Part shown: in pieces, positions 26,444 to 38,710 of the stretch
Layout: every line of letters begins with the position of its first letter
Numbering within the stretch: the first letter of the stretch is position 1
NCBI RefSeq assembly: GCF_006345805.1
Contig: NC_043015.1
Location: 29,574,001 to 29,638,000 of the forward strand
Reading direction: 5' to 3'
Length of the DNA: 64,000 bases
Source: Octopus sinensis
Lineage: Eukaryota
Program-made: the position numbers and the translations under genes
The notes under the pieces: model-generated
Databases searched by the model: none
Seen by the model: the letters and a program-made list of their open reading frames with translations, nothing else
Told to the model about the DNA's origin: nothing

Positions 26444-26770
26444 TCCTCCTCCTTTCTTTCCTTTCCTGAGCGTCCAATAACACTATACTTGTTCCACGTC
26501 CTCACGTTGTTGTGTTTTCATGTTTGGACTAACTTTATGTGCATATATATACATATATGAGCATATATATATACATATATATGCATATATATACATATAT
26601 GTGCATATATATACATATATGTGCATATATATACATATATGTGCATACATGTACATATATGTGCATATATATACATATATGTGCATATATATATATACAT
26701 ATTTATCTACATATGCATATATATACATATTTATCTACATATGCATATATATATACATATATATATACAT

Positions 26771-26996
26771 ATAATAAATATTAGGGAATAAATCCAAACT
26801 TACAGGGAAAAATCAGATTTAGGATTGAATCCAATTTTATAGTAAAATATTATATTATATTAAATTAGAGACAAAACCACTATTAGGCAAATCAAACAAT
26901 GAAAGACTTAAGCCAATACATATGATTAATTTATATTATTTAAATATGTAACAAAATTGTTAAAAAATATAATTAATATCCCACTACGATCGTTTC
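26771..26996 (-). mobile_element. Second copy of the 1501-1870 PLE-like family, truncated inside the hammerhead
   Basis: High identity to 1501-1712; ends at ccactacgatcgtttc. Confidence 0.75.
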
Positions 26997-27106
26997 CTGC
27001 CTGCTGTCTTCGAAGAAAAAAAGAAGAGATCGTGTGTGTTTGGGTATAGTGCGTGTGTGTGTGTAAACCTGCCTTCGTCTTTTGTCTATTTTCATAAAGC
27101 TTCCCG

Positions 27107-27172
<66 letters not shown>

Positions 27173-27351
27173 AGGATTAGCTCGTATACGAGTAGGTATA
27201 TATTTGTAAAAAATGAAGTTCGAAAATGCTGCTATAATCACCTACTGTCACGTTAAGTTGACAGTATACAACTATTATATCGCCCCACCACCGTACATAT
27301 CTCTATGAGATATTTAGAAATTTAATATTCCCGAATTCTTTTATATATATA

Positions 27352-27866
27352 CTAGCAGTATCGCCCGGCGTTGCTCGGATTTGTAAGGGAAATAACTATA
27401 TAAGCATTTTTAGAGAGTTACTTCCCTTATAGATGCCAATTCGGGCTTTCTTAGCCATTTCTGTTTTGGTGTCTTCAAGCCATGAAGTCGTTGTTCTAAA
27501 AGAACGCTGGTCTCCTTGACAACGCTTTACGACGTTGATTTCCTTACACTCCCTTCCCCACAGCTTCACGAGGGAGGGAAGAAGGGGGAGAAGCAAACAC
27601 AGGTGCAGGTGTGACCATGGACGCCAACTCCGCCGCCATCGACATATGAAAAATTATGCATTAAAATGGAATAAAAAATTATGTTAAATTATTTTTAAAA
27701 TCGTAGACTCATCGTAGACGCGCGCTAATACTCAGACGGGCTCGATATGAATCACGACTATAAGATACCCGAATTTGGTTAAACTGCACCGCAAAATGTG
27801 GGAGGAGTTAGGAATCTAAATCGTAGGAGACAGACACTCACACAACTACAGTTTTATATATATAGA
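27352..27866 (-). mobile_element. Non-autonomous Helitron
   Basis: Minus strand reads A|TCTATATATATAAAAC ... ccgagcaacgccgggcgatactgCTAG|T. Confidence 0.85.
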
Positions 27867-28299
27867 TATCTATTAATTTTGCCTGTGCGGTTTTAGGCTT
27901 GCGGCCACTAACATTAATATCTCTCATGAATGTGTGTGTGTCTCACTTTGTCTGTCTGTCTCATACACTAACAGGATTTTTTCTACACGTACATAAATTT
28001 CGACTATACTCATTTTCAAATCCCTGTCAAAACGGAGTAACTCCGATTTATGCGGGGATACCGAGCCGAAAACTCCGTCAAGACTGAATCCATTGCTAGT
28101 TATGACAACATAGGCAAAAAAATAATGCGAGGAATGTGGAAATAACTTGCGTTTCCCCCGATCCGGGCCCGAGCGAGCAGACAACGCCATACGCACGTAT
28201 GTGTATATGCGAACCTTAATATCCTGACATCTTTACGTGTTGAAATGTGCGTGGGTTTCTCTCTCCCGTTCAGTGAGCAGTTGGGCTTGCATTAATTAG

Positions 28300-28559
28300 G
28301 TGATTAACAAGTTCATACAAAAAATAGCTTACGTAACAGGATGGCGGTGCATAAATCACAAATTAGAAACCCTGATTACCGGAAAATACCGGTCAGCGGA
28401 CACATAGATAGATGTGCTGGAAATGTAAATCCGAAATTTACAACTAACCCGCTCTATAAATTCAGTGATAACGCAACCTTCACGCAACGCCAAAATAAAG
28501 AACTGTATTTCATAAAAAAATATAGACCAAGTTTAAACACCCTGGGCCAGGAATATTAA
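28300..28559 (+). pseudogene. C-terminal half of a Penelope-type GIY-YIG endonuclease
   Basis: RNRMAVHKSQI...VSGHIDRC...RQNKELYFIKKYRPSLN fits the R..H, H..C and E..FI...P.LN pattern of PLE endonucleases. Confidence 0.75.
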
Positions 28560-28745
28560 AACAAAAGATAGGTCCTCCGAAAAGGAGAAGCAAAATTCCA
28601 CCACGGCCGCTACCTTAAACAGTCACTCGCACTGACGGAAATATGCCTTAGGAAAAAAGGAAAAAAATTTCTAAAAAGATTTCTTCGTACAAATCTAACC
28701 CTGATGGACTGACCCCATACGATACAGCTAAGGGTCAGACCCGAT

Positions 28746-29140
28746 TCTGATTGGTCAACACGTTGATGACGTCTAATTCTGCTAGACTGGACAGGATACA
28801 GACAAGGGGCAGAGATTAGTCAGAATATTGATGACGTCCTTTTCTGCTTGACTAGTCACCTAACAAGATACAGACAAGGGGCAGACCTAATACAGCTATA
28901 AGTCGTGATTGGTCAGAATTTTGATGACGTCCCGTTCTGCTTGACTAAGCCACCTAACGAAACGACTGGTCAAAACAGGAAACAGACAAGAGGCAGTTAT
29001 AATACAGCGATAGGTCACGATTGGTCAGAATGTTGATGACGTCCCGTTCTGCTTGACTAAGCCACCTAACGAAACGATTGGTCAAAACGTTGATGACGTC
29101 ACGCTACGCTGGACTGACCATCTAACAGGTGTTATAAAAC
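28746..29140 (+). promoter_or_regulatory. Tandem CCAAT+CRE modules followed by a TATA box (putative PLE pLTR promoter)
   Basis: Five GATT(G/A)GTCA-N5-TTGATGACGTC modules; TATAAAA at 29133-29139; donor-like AAG|GTAAAA at 29208-29216. Confidence 0.55.
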
Positions 29141-29454
29141 CCGAACAATTCACAAGATTCGCCAGAATCATCCAGCGAACACCCACCATTAGTCATCACA
29201 GTTGCTCAAGGTAAAAATGAATTCCTCGCTCTTTCAGGAACATCAATTTTTTATATTGACTGCATTCCACCACTTTGATCTATTTTTTATATATCACCAC
29301 CACGAACCACTGCATCATACACTTTAAACATATAGCATGAACGAACTCACTTCAAACTATATATGAACTTTATGATGTCTGACTCCATTGTGTATTATAA
29401 ATGAATTTCTTATATTTGATAGCATGAACTATCTTTTTTTATATATAACTTTTT

Positions 29455-29492
29455 TTGATAAGGTTCATTTCAGGAACTGAAACATGTTATAA
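29455..29492 (+). ncRNA. Variant-core hammerhead-like motif
   Basis: TTGATAA-GGTTC atttcag GAACT-GAAA-CATG-TT; palindromic stem III; core deviates from CUGANGA; the 3' side is interrupted by a Helitron. Confidence 0.4.
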
Positions 29493-30037
29493 TCTCTTAT
29501 TATAAAAGGCAGATTTTATCTGCCTCCCTTTGTAACTTATAGAAATCTACAATATAGGATTTCTTCAATTACAATTTACCTAGCATTTTTAAGAGTAGAA
29601 TGCATCGGGTCATGCCAGGTCCAGTTTTTAAAATTTAAACTCCAATTAAGCAAAATTTACAGAAAACTCACATTCTGGTGTGTATGTCAAATGCTTTTCT
29701 TAATGTGGTTTACACCACACGCACACGCACACACACAGTGTGCAACGAATAAAATGAAAGTAAATAGCGACAGAGTGATTTGAGGAAGACTAAACTGAAA
29801 GTATTAAAACCACTACTCAAAAAATAAAAAAACACAGCAAACAGAAACAAATAAATACATAACGATTTACTCCTCACACAATTTCTTCAATTAGAGTTTA
29901 CCTAAGATTTTTCAAAGTACTCCATTCGGTCATGCCATAATATATTTCTTTCAATTTCCCCCAATTAAGACAAAATTCGAGAAAACTCAATATTTTAACA
30001 TTTCACTCCGAAAGCATTGATGTACATGTGTGCGTGC

Positions 30038-30072
<35 letters not shown>

Positions 30073-31150
30073 ATGGGTTGTGCGACACAGAAAGTGTGGT
30101 GGTAAGTGAAGTGCTTTTGTTAGTGTGTGTTAAAGAGACAGATAGAGTGAAAGACAGAAATAACTGAACTTTTTTTATTCACTTTTTGTAGTGAGTGACT
30201 GAGAGAGAAAAGAGAGAGAGAGGTTATGTATGTATATATGTATGTATGGCTTCAGTGACACACACACACAAAAACACATACCTACGTACACCTAAAGCAC
30301 ACACACACAAGCGGAGCGCGAACTTCAAAATTTTGGTAGTATTAATTTGCGAGCGTACTTCTAAGCGCGCGTAATTGAAAGTTTTTACTATGATATCATC
30401 ACGTGCGAAAAAATTCGAAGGGTTTTGAACAATTGAGATACAGATGTCACGCCTGTATTGAAACCATTGCTAAGCTGCCGTAATTGCTTAATTAAGTCTT
30501 TGTTTAAATTGAAAGGGGCAAATATGTGACGAGGTTGAAAAAAAATACCCCAGAAAAAAAATGTACTGCTGGTATTTATATAATTCACTACTATTTTGCT
30601 ACAATGTCATGAAAAAGAAAAAATTTAGGTATGTAAATCGAATTCGCCACCCCCTTTTCCCCGTTCGCGTTTGTGTAAAAAAAATTATTATTTAAGTTTT
30701 AAAAATTATTTACTTTGTTCAAAAAATATTAATATTAATTAATTTTCAAGAATTATTTAATTTTATTCTGTAAAATAGTAATTAATTCATTTATCTGTAA
30801 ATCCGCGAGGTTGTTACTCAGGCACCTAGAATGGTAACCTTCAACTAACACTATCTCTCCGAGACCCTGCGGCGCAAGTTGACCAAAATTGAGAGTATGG
30901 TAGAAGAAGGGTTGCTCTTCCTTCCGTAGAACATAAAATTCAAATCGGACCATGTTAACACAAAAAAATATTACATCAAAAAGATGCGTTTTTTTATGAA
31001 AATCCCCCTATTTTTTACGATTTTTTCACTGCTGTGTCGCCACTTTTCGGTGTATTTCGACCAGAAAAATGTTCACAAAATTTTTACTTTTCAAAATTAC
31101 AATTCCAGCGGGTCGAAACAAACCCGAGCAACGCCGGGCGATACTGCTAG
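29493..31150 (+). mobile_element. 1.66-kb non-autonomous Helitron
   Basis: A|TCTCTTATTATAAAAGG start; cccgagcaacgccggg hairpin and CTAG|T end. Confidence 0.75.
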
Positions 31151-31234
31151 TGTATATATAAAAATTAAAAAATGTATAATATAGCAGCATTTTCGAACTT
31201 CATTTTTTACAAATATATATATATATATATATAT

Positions 31235-32174
31235 GATCTATATGCTGTGAGTCAATGGGCAGACAGAAACAAAATGCAACTGAATGAGGGAAAATTTGAG
31301 CTGATGCATTTTGGAAGAAATTCCTCACTAAAACAACCATACTCTCTTCCCTCAGGGGAACCGCTCACAGCCTCTAACAATATCAGAGACCTGGGTGTAA
31401 TTGTTGATGACGATCTCAGTTGGAGTGCACACATCAACAAGAAGGTTGATATAGCTCGTAGGATGAGTTCCTGGATCTTAAGAACTTTCCGGTCCAGAGA
31501 ACAAGGTGTCATCATACCACTTTTTTCCTCCTTTGTACGGCCACACCTTGAATACTGCTGCCCACTGTGGTCTCCTCACACAAGACAAAACATCTCCAGA
31601 ATTGAGTCACCCCAGAGGGCTCTCACTAAACAAATTGAAGGCATGGTTGCTCTCGATTATTGGGATCGCCTTAAAACCTTGAAACTTTACTCCCTCCAGC
31701 GTCGCCATGAGCGGTACATCATTTGTACGATGTGGAAAATATACCGCCAACTTTGCCCAAACGACCTAAACATTAGCTCCAAGGTCCATCCAAGACTTGG
31801 ACCACGGGCTATACGTCCCCTGCCAAATTCAAGATCACAACATACATGTACACTGCAACATAATTTCTTTTCCTCAACAGGCCCTGCCCTATTTAACATT
31901 GTCCCGAGGGAGATCAAAGAGGAAAAGGATCCCATAAACTTTAAACAGAGTCTGGATAGATTCCTTCAAAGAATACCAGATAAGCCACCCATAATTGGAT
32001 ACAACTCACCCAACAAGAACTCACTACTTGAACAAAACTGGATACAACTCACCCAACAAGAACTCACTACTTGAACAAAACTTGACTTAAACAGGATTCG
32101 AATAATCCTATCAGGTGGTGCTATTAAGTTAGACATGGCCTGGACCAATCTCTGGTCGAAACATATCTAAGTTT
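31235..32174 (+). mobile_element. 5'-truncated CR1-group LINE (ORF2 RT C-terminus) inserted in (TA)n
   Basis: Uninterrupted frame containing WADRNKMQLNEGK, RDLGVIVDDDLSW and VRPHLEYCCPLWSPH; 43-bp tandem duplication at the ORF end; 3' stem-loop. Confidence 0.9.
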
Positions 32175-32355
32175 TATATATATACATATATCAAGATTAA
32201 TCAGCCGAAATTGCGAGGATGATCCGGTTCTTGACTGAAGATTGAAGGCTTCGAATGTCCCGTCCGTGTTTTTTGTATCGTCTTCTAAATGTTTTGCGTT
32301 CTTGTCCCAGTTTGTATTTTTTACACACACACACACATATATATTTACTATTTAC

Positions 32356-32780
32356 TATTTTACTATTTTACTCTTTTACTTGTTTCAGTCATTTGACTGC
32401 GGCCATGCTGGAGCACCGCCTTTAGTCGAGCAACTCGACCCCGAGACTTATTCTTTTTTTGTAAGCCCAGTACTTATTCTATCGGTCTCTTTTTGCCGAA
32501 CCGCTAAGTGACGGGGACGTAAACACACCAGTATCGGTTGTCAAGCAATGCTAGGGGGACAAACACAGACACACAAACAAACACACATACATATATATAT
32601 ATATATATAAATATATACGACAGGCTTCTTTCAGTTTCCGTCTACCAAATCCACTCACAAGGCTTTGGTCGGCCCGAGGCTATAGCAGAAGACACTTGCC
32701 CAAGATGCCACGCAGTGGGACTGAACCCGGAACCATGTGGTTGGTTAGCAAGCTACTTACCACACAGCCACTCCTGCGCC
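32356..32780 (-). mobile_element. CORE-like tRNA SINE, full length
   Basis: Same family as 9484-9899. Confidence 0.85.
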
Positions 32781-32806
32781 TATATATATATATATATATA
32801 ATATAT

Positions 32807-32842
<36 letters not shown>

Positions 32843-32879
32843 CATACATATATCTACGTATATATGTGTATGTATATAT

Positions 32880-32917
<38 letters not shown>

Positions 32918-33024
32918 CACGACATTTTGGGGTGTCCTGTACCCATATATGCATGTATATATACATGTAGATGTAGGTACGTACATATATGTATGTATAT
33001 ATGCATGTTTTATTTATTACTTTG

Positions 33025-33108
<84 letters not shown>

Positions 33109-33904
33109 TGTGCGTATGTGTATATGTGTGTGTACCTACATGGATCTGTGTTGAGTTTATGACACGTTTTGGTGGAGGAAGAGAATATTGAACAACATTT
33201 TCAAAAATTAGTTTTTTCCATCTTAAACGTATATTGAAACCTCATCGTTATTCATGCCAAAAAAAAAAAAAAGAAAAAGAAAGAAAAGAAAAAATGCTTA
33301 ATTCGCATTCTTTCACCTTGAAACTTAAATTGGACGGTCAGGGATAAAATAACAAGGGACGGGATGGGCAGAAAAGGATTCCAAGCGTTGCTGAGACAAA
33401 TGGTCGCCTGGTAATTAACTGGGTTAGTAATAGATGTGTTTTTCTGTTCCTTTTTTTTTTTTTGTTTCCTAAGTTGTGTTGTGTATATATATATATATTG
33501 TTACAAAAACGTAGTTTTGTGTCGCTTAGACATACGCTTAATAGATCTCTCTTTTACTCTTGTACTCGTTTCAGTAATTTGACTGTGGCCATGCTAGAGC
33601 ACCGCCTTTTAGTCGAGCAAATCGATCCCTAGTACTTATTCTTTGTAAGCCTGGTACTTGTTCTATTGGTTCTCTTTTGCCGAACCGCTAAGTCACGGGG
33701 ATTTAAACACACCAGCATCGGTTGTCGAGCGATGTTGGCGGGGGGGGGGACACAAACACAGACACATACAAACACACACATACATACATATATCCCAAAT
33801 TTTATTTAATTTGCTTTGCGGGAAGGACTGTTTCAACGAAGTCGCATCTTGCCCTTACCTTCAAAATGCGGAGTAGATGAAACAGAGACAAACAGTTGTG
33901 ACAG

Positions 33905-34350
33905 ATGACGAAGGCGGCGACGATTGTCGACTTGAAGTCGGCATATTTGCAGCTCTATGTGAGCGAGAAACCGAGGCAGTATCGGCCGGTGCGATATAAG
34001 GGTCAGACATACTGTTTGACTAGGCTGGGCTTCGGGCTAAATTCTGCGCCAAAGATCATGGCGACAGTGCTCAAGTCTATCCTGAGAAAGGTGGACAGGA
34101 TAAGAAGGGCCACCATTTTCTATATAGACGACATCTTGGTAGACGAGACTGTAGAGTCTGCCACATGTTGTAAGTCATCTAAAGTTCGAGCTGATTGCGA
34201 AGCCACCGGTGCCAGTGGTTGGAGGAGCTGCACTGGGGCTCAAGCTTCAAAAAGATAAAACAAGCGCGCTGGTGTTTCGGAAGTGGGGTGAGATACCGGA
34301 ACAGGGTACCAGCATCAGCAGGAGAGAACTATTCTCGATGTGTGGAAGAC
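33905..34350 (+). pseudogene. LTR-retrotransposon-type (Gypsy-like) reverse transcriptase fragment
   Basis: VDLKSAYLQ, YCLTRLGFGLNSAP and YIDDILV; frameshifted continuation LGLKL...SRRELFSMCGR. Confidence 0.75.
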
Positions 34351-34442
34351 CTGCTGCAGTCACCGTGAACGGACATCAGTGGAACGGCCTAGCGGAATTG
34401 GTTGTAGCAGGTGCTAATATTAGGTGATACTGGTAGGGTATA

Positions 34443-34673
34443 GGCGGCGAGCTGGCAGAAACGTTAGCACACCGGACGAAATGCGTAGCCGTATTTCGTC
34501 TACCGTTACGTTCTGAGTTCAAATTCCGCCGAGGTCGACTTTGCTTTTCATCCTTTCGGGGTCGATAAATTAAGTACCAGTTACGCACTGGGGTCAATGT
34601 AATCGACGTAATCCGTTTGTCTGTCCTTGTTTGTCCCCTCTGTGTTTAGCGCCTTGTGGGTAATAAAGAAACA
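34443..34673 (+). mobile_element. Nin-like tRNA SINE monomer
   Basis: Full head and body; TSD gatactggtagggta / gataccggtagggta. Confidence 0.85.
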
Positions 34674-34774
34674 GATACCGGTAGGGTACGTGTTTGGACT
34701 TAGCACAGCTGGGTAGCCAACAACGAGGTGTGGGTGAACCGTATCTTATTTCCCCGCATTACAAATCCCTCGAA

Positions 34775-34809
<35 letters not shown>

Positions 34810-35430
34810 TTAACGAAAACACAACAAACGGAAATATTACAAAAACAGAACAATGAGAAAATTCGTAGCTCATCCAAAAGATCTTTACAATTTCACGCCT
34901 ATAAAACAATAATTAAACCATAAAATATCTTTTTTTAATTTTTTCAAAATGAAACAAAACTATCAATCAGTAAGGACGGAAAACGTTTATTTTTTATATA
35001 CTTTCACTCTACACCTGAAAAAGTTTTTTCCTACATTTTGTTTTTTATTATTATTGCGAAGTATTTGCTGAAATTCTCAAAATTAAATCTTACGTAACGC
35101 ACCTGCTTCTGTACTAGACATAAGGCATCCCGGATATTATTTTAGCCAGTTTAAAGTGATTTCTTTTGTGCTGTAAACCATCTACCATTTCCGTGGTCCC
35201 CCCACCTACCCACACTTCCCTTGATGCCCTAAGCACGTGCTTATTTTGCTTAATGGTTAATCCATCGCTGGATGCGGTCATGCTGGAACACCAGCATAAC
35301 TTTAGACCCCTTCTACAGCCATCTTATGTCCTTTAGTGCTTTTCGTTGGTAGGATTTCATATCACAAGTCTTGCATGTGCATCCGCCCCCTCTGTTTGTT
35401 GGCTTATTTGGTGTATGAGTGGGTTTGACA

Positions 35431-36491
35431 CTGTACTTCATGCAGGGACCTTGAGTCTGTACATCATGCAAGGACCTTGAGTCTGTACTTCATGCAAGGA
35501 CCTTGAGCCTGTACTTCATGCAAGGACCTTGAGTCTGTACTTCATGCAAGGACCTTGAGTCTGTACTTCATGCAGGGACCTTGAGTCTGTACATCATGCA
35601 GGGACCTTGAGCCTGTACTTCATGCAAGGACCTTGAGTCTGTACTTCATGCAGAGACCTTGAGTCTGTACTTCATGCAGGGACCTTGAGTCTGTACTTCA
35701 TGCAGGGACCTTGAGTCTGTACTTAATGCAGGGACCTTGAGTCTGTACTTCATACAAGGACCTTGAGTCTGTACTTCATGCAGGGACCTTGAGTCTGTAC
35801 TTCATGCAGGGACCTTGAGTTTGTACTTCATGCAGGGACCTTGAGTCTGTACTTCATGCAAGGACCTTGTGTCTGTACTTCATGCAGGGACCTTGAGTTT
35901 GTACTTCATGCAAGGACCTTGAGTCTGTACTTCATGCAGGGACCTTGAGTCTGTACTTCATGCAGGGACCTTGAGTTTGTACTTCATGCAAGGACCTTGA
36001 GTCTGTACTTCATGCAAGGACCTTGAGTCTGTACTTCATGCAGGGACCTTGAGTTTGTACTTCATGCAAGGACCTTGAGTCTGTACTTCATGCAGGGACC
36101 TTGAGTCTGTACTTCATGCAGGGACCTTGAGTCTGTACTTCATGCAAGGACCTTGAGTCTGTACTTCATGCAGGGACCTTGAGTCTGTACTTCATGCAGG
36201 GACCTTGAGTCTGTACTTCATGCAGGGACCTTGAGTCTGTACTTCATGCAGGGGCCTTGAGTCTGTACTTCATACAAGGACCTTGAGTCTGTACTTCATG
36301 CAGGGACCTTGAGTCTGTACTTCATGCAGGGACCTTGAGTCTGTACTTCATGCAGGGACCTTGAGTCTGTACTTCATGCAGGGACCTTGAGTCTGTACTT
36401 CATGCAGGGACCTTGAGTCTGTACTTCATGCAGGGACCTTGAGTCTGTACTTCATGCAGGTACCTTGAGTCTGTACCTCATGCAAGGACCT
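35431..36491. repeat. 26-bp minisatellite, about 41 copies
   Basis: Unit CTGTACTTCATGCA(G/A)GGACCTTGAGT, contiguous with no spacers. Confidence 0.95.
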
Positions 36492-38309
36492 ATCGTAGAT
36501 AGAATGCCGAATTTCTCTTTGAAGACATCCACTTTGTGTAGGATTTTTTAAAAATTTCTTTAGGCAGAGCAAGGAAAAGCAGTGGGCTTTTGAAGGCCAA
36601 ACTATTGCAGTACCTGGTCCTTACTTTAGATGGAGTGGACGGTACGTTTCGCAATGGCGTCCAGAATTATTCTTGATGCCGAAGGAAGGTACTAGACCTT
36701 CAAAACTTTTTCACTTGTACATTATTACAGATTTCTCACGTTTTCACACGTTACATATTTCTCGCGTGACTTAAGTCGTAGACACGTGTTATGAATTTCG
36801 GAGTTTGTGCCTATAATAGGAAGGAGACGGTGTCATTCACCCTTTTTATTTTTTTTTTTTTAGTCAAGCCTCTTTATGTCATGAGAGATGGATGTGTGTG
36901 TGAATGATGTTGTGTACCAATGTCGAAGGATTGTCCACCCCCCTTATTTTTATAGACCCCGAAAGATTAAAGGCTTTGTTGGCCTCAGCCGGATTTGAAC
37001 ACAGAACGTAAGATAGTCGGAATTCTATCGGAAACTGTGGGTTTTTTTTGTATTTTGGTTCTCTCGAAAGATTTGATGCCAAAAAATGACGCACAGGTTT
37101 GTTAGGCGCATTCCAATATCAGTAGCACATATTCAAGGAAAAGAGCATGTTATGCATTCAGGAACAAAAAGAAAAAAGAGCGCCTTAAATGTCGTTAAAT
37201 ATGGTAGTTTGTGGAGGCGTCTCCCTCCATTAGTCTTTTCAAGAATTATTTTTAAAATTAGTGCATGACTAATGTGGAATTGAGGTGTCAAGAGAGTGGC
37301 ACGGTTGGCTACACCGCCACTACTTTTTTTTTTCTGTTCAGAAGTAACAACAAATTAGGTTGTTGTTGTAAAGAGGTGAGAATGTTGGGGGATAGAGTTG
37401 AATGCTGAGATGCAGGAGACTGAACGCAGATCCTTAAGGCGCAGCTGCAGAGTTGATAGGTAAGATACTGCTCTAACCGGAGCCTATTGGCCAAGCTATT
37501 TTATCTACTACATATGTAGGAAATTCTGTTTGTGGAGATGTTAGCTAACTCCTACATCGTTTTACCGATTTTGATGAAACTTGACAAGTGACTAGAAACC
37601 TCATGGAAACCTCATGGTATACTCAGATTGTTGAAAAAATCGATAATAGGGCCCCTGGACTGGATCCTTATATATATCTACTATATTTTATTTTAAAAAC
37701 CAAGGGAAATAACACATTCGCCCCGAGGCGGGATCCTTATATATAGCCATTTAGATAACGCATTTATTTTCCTAAATTATTTGGTAAACATGAAATTGAG
37801 TATGCTTATTTCTTAGCATTTAAATTGTTAGAGTTATTTTCACAATTTATCCAGTACAATCCTTAAACAAGTAAATAGTATTTTCCTAAACAATAAATCC
37901 ACTTATTTCAGTTAGTGACTTATTCACGAATATACCAACACTAGCGCCCTGAGGGTAATATTCTCTGGGAACGCACAAAAGCCCTTTTGTCATTGATTAG
38001 TTGAAATTACCGAAATACGACAACTCTAACGTGAAATAACTTCTTAAATATAAGCTTTTCTCAAAAACGCTAAGAGCAAAAGATGTTTTATATGACACAT
38101 TCTACCATTGTCCGAAGTTTGAAAGTGTTTAGTTATAAAAAATTATTTTCTAAATCTGTCGGTCAAAAGAAAAAGACCCTACTTAGCCTCATTTTTGATA
38201 TTTTCAGTATCGTTAATCATAATAATGCATTCATCATTTTATCTAGTTTCAGCTCACGAGCTGTGGCCATGCTGGGGCACCACCATTCGTTGTTGCTACA
38301 TGATTTTAC

Positions 38310-38710
38310 TTCACGAATGCTTTTTAGCATCTGACATTTGGTGCATGAGAGAGTTCGATGTAGCTGCCCTCATCTGCACCTCCTGCCGTGAAGCTGGTTT
38401 ATCTGGGGACACCTGACGGGAAGAGGTCCAGCTTTATTTTGAAGACATCTGCATCCACCCCATGCAGGTCTCTCAGGTCCTTCGGGAGGATATTGAAGAG
38501 CTGTGGACCTCTGAAGCCCAGGCTATCGCAGTATCTTGTCCTACATCTTGATGGCAAATTTGGAGTCCTTGGCACTATGCAGTGGCGCCCAGTTCTAGTA
38601 TTTGTGTAACTCTCGATGCCAAAGTTTGGGACAAGTCCTTCCAGGATCTTCCAGACATATATTATGGCATATCTTTCTCGCCTTCGCTTTAAGGAATAGA
38701 GTCTTAATCT
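38310..38710 (-). mobile_element. CR1-group LINE 3' fragment
   Basis: Minus strand LRLYSLKRRRERYAII and WKILEGLVPN are homologous to the C-terminus of the 31235-32174 ORF. Confidence 0.65.

Noticed and set aside
32129-32174. Hammerhead-like fold at the CR1 3' end (ttaga...gacca/tggtc-GAAAC-ATA-tctaa)
   Set aside because: No CUGANGA box; more simply the LINE 3' recognition stem-loop.
35431-36491. CRISPR-like array
   Set aside because: Repeats are contiguous with no unique spacers, there are no cas genes, and the context is eukaryotic.
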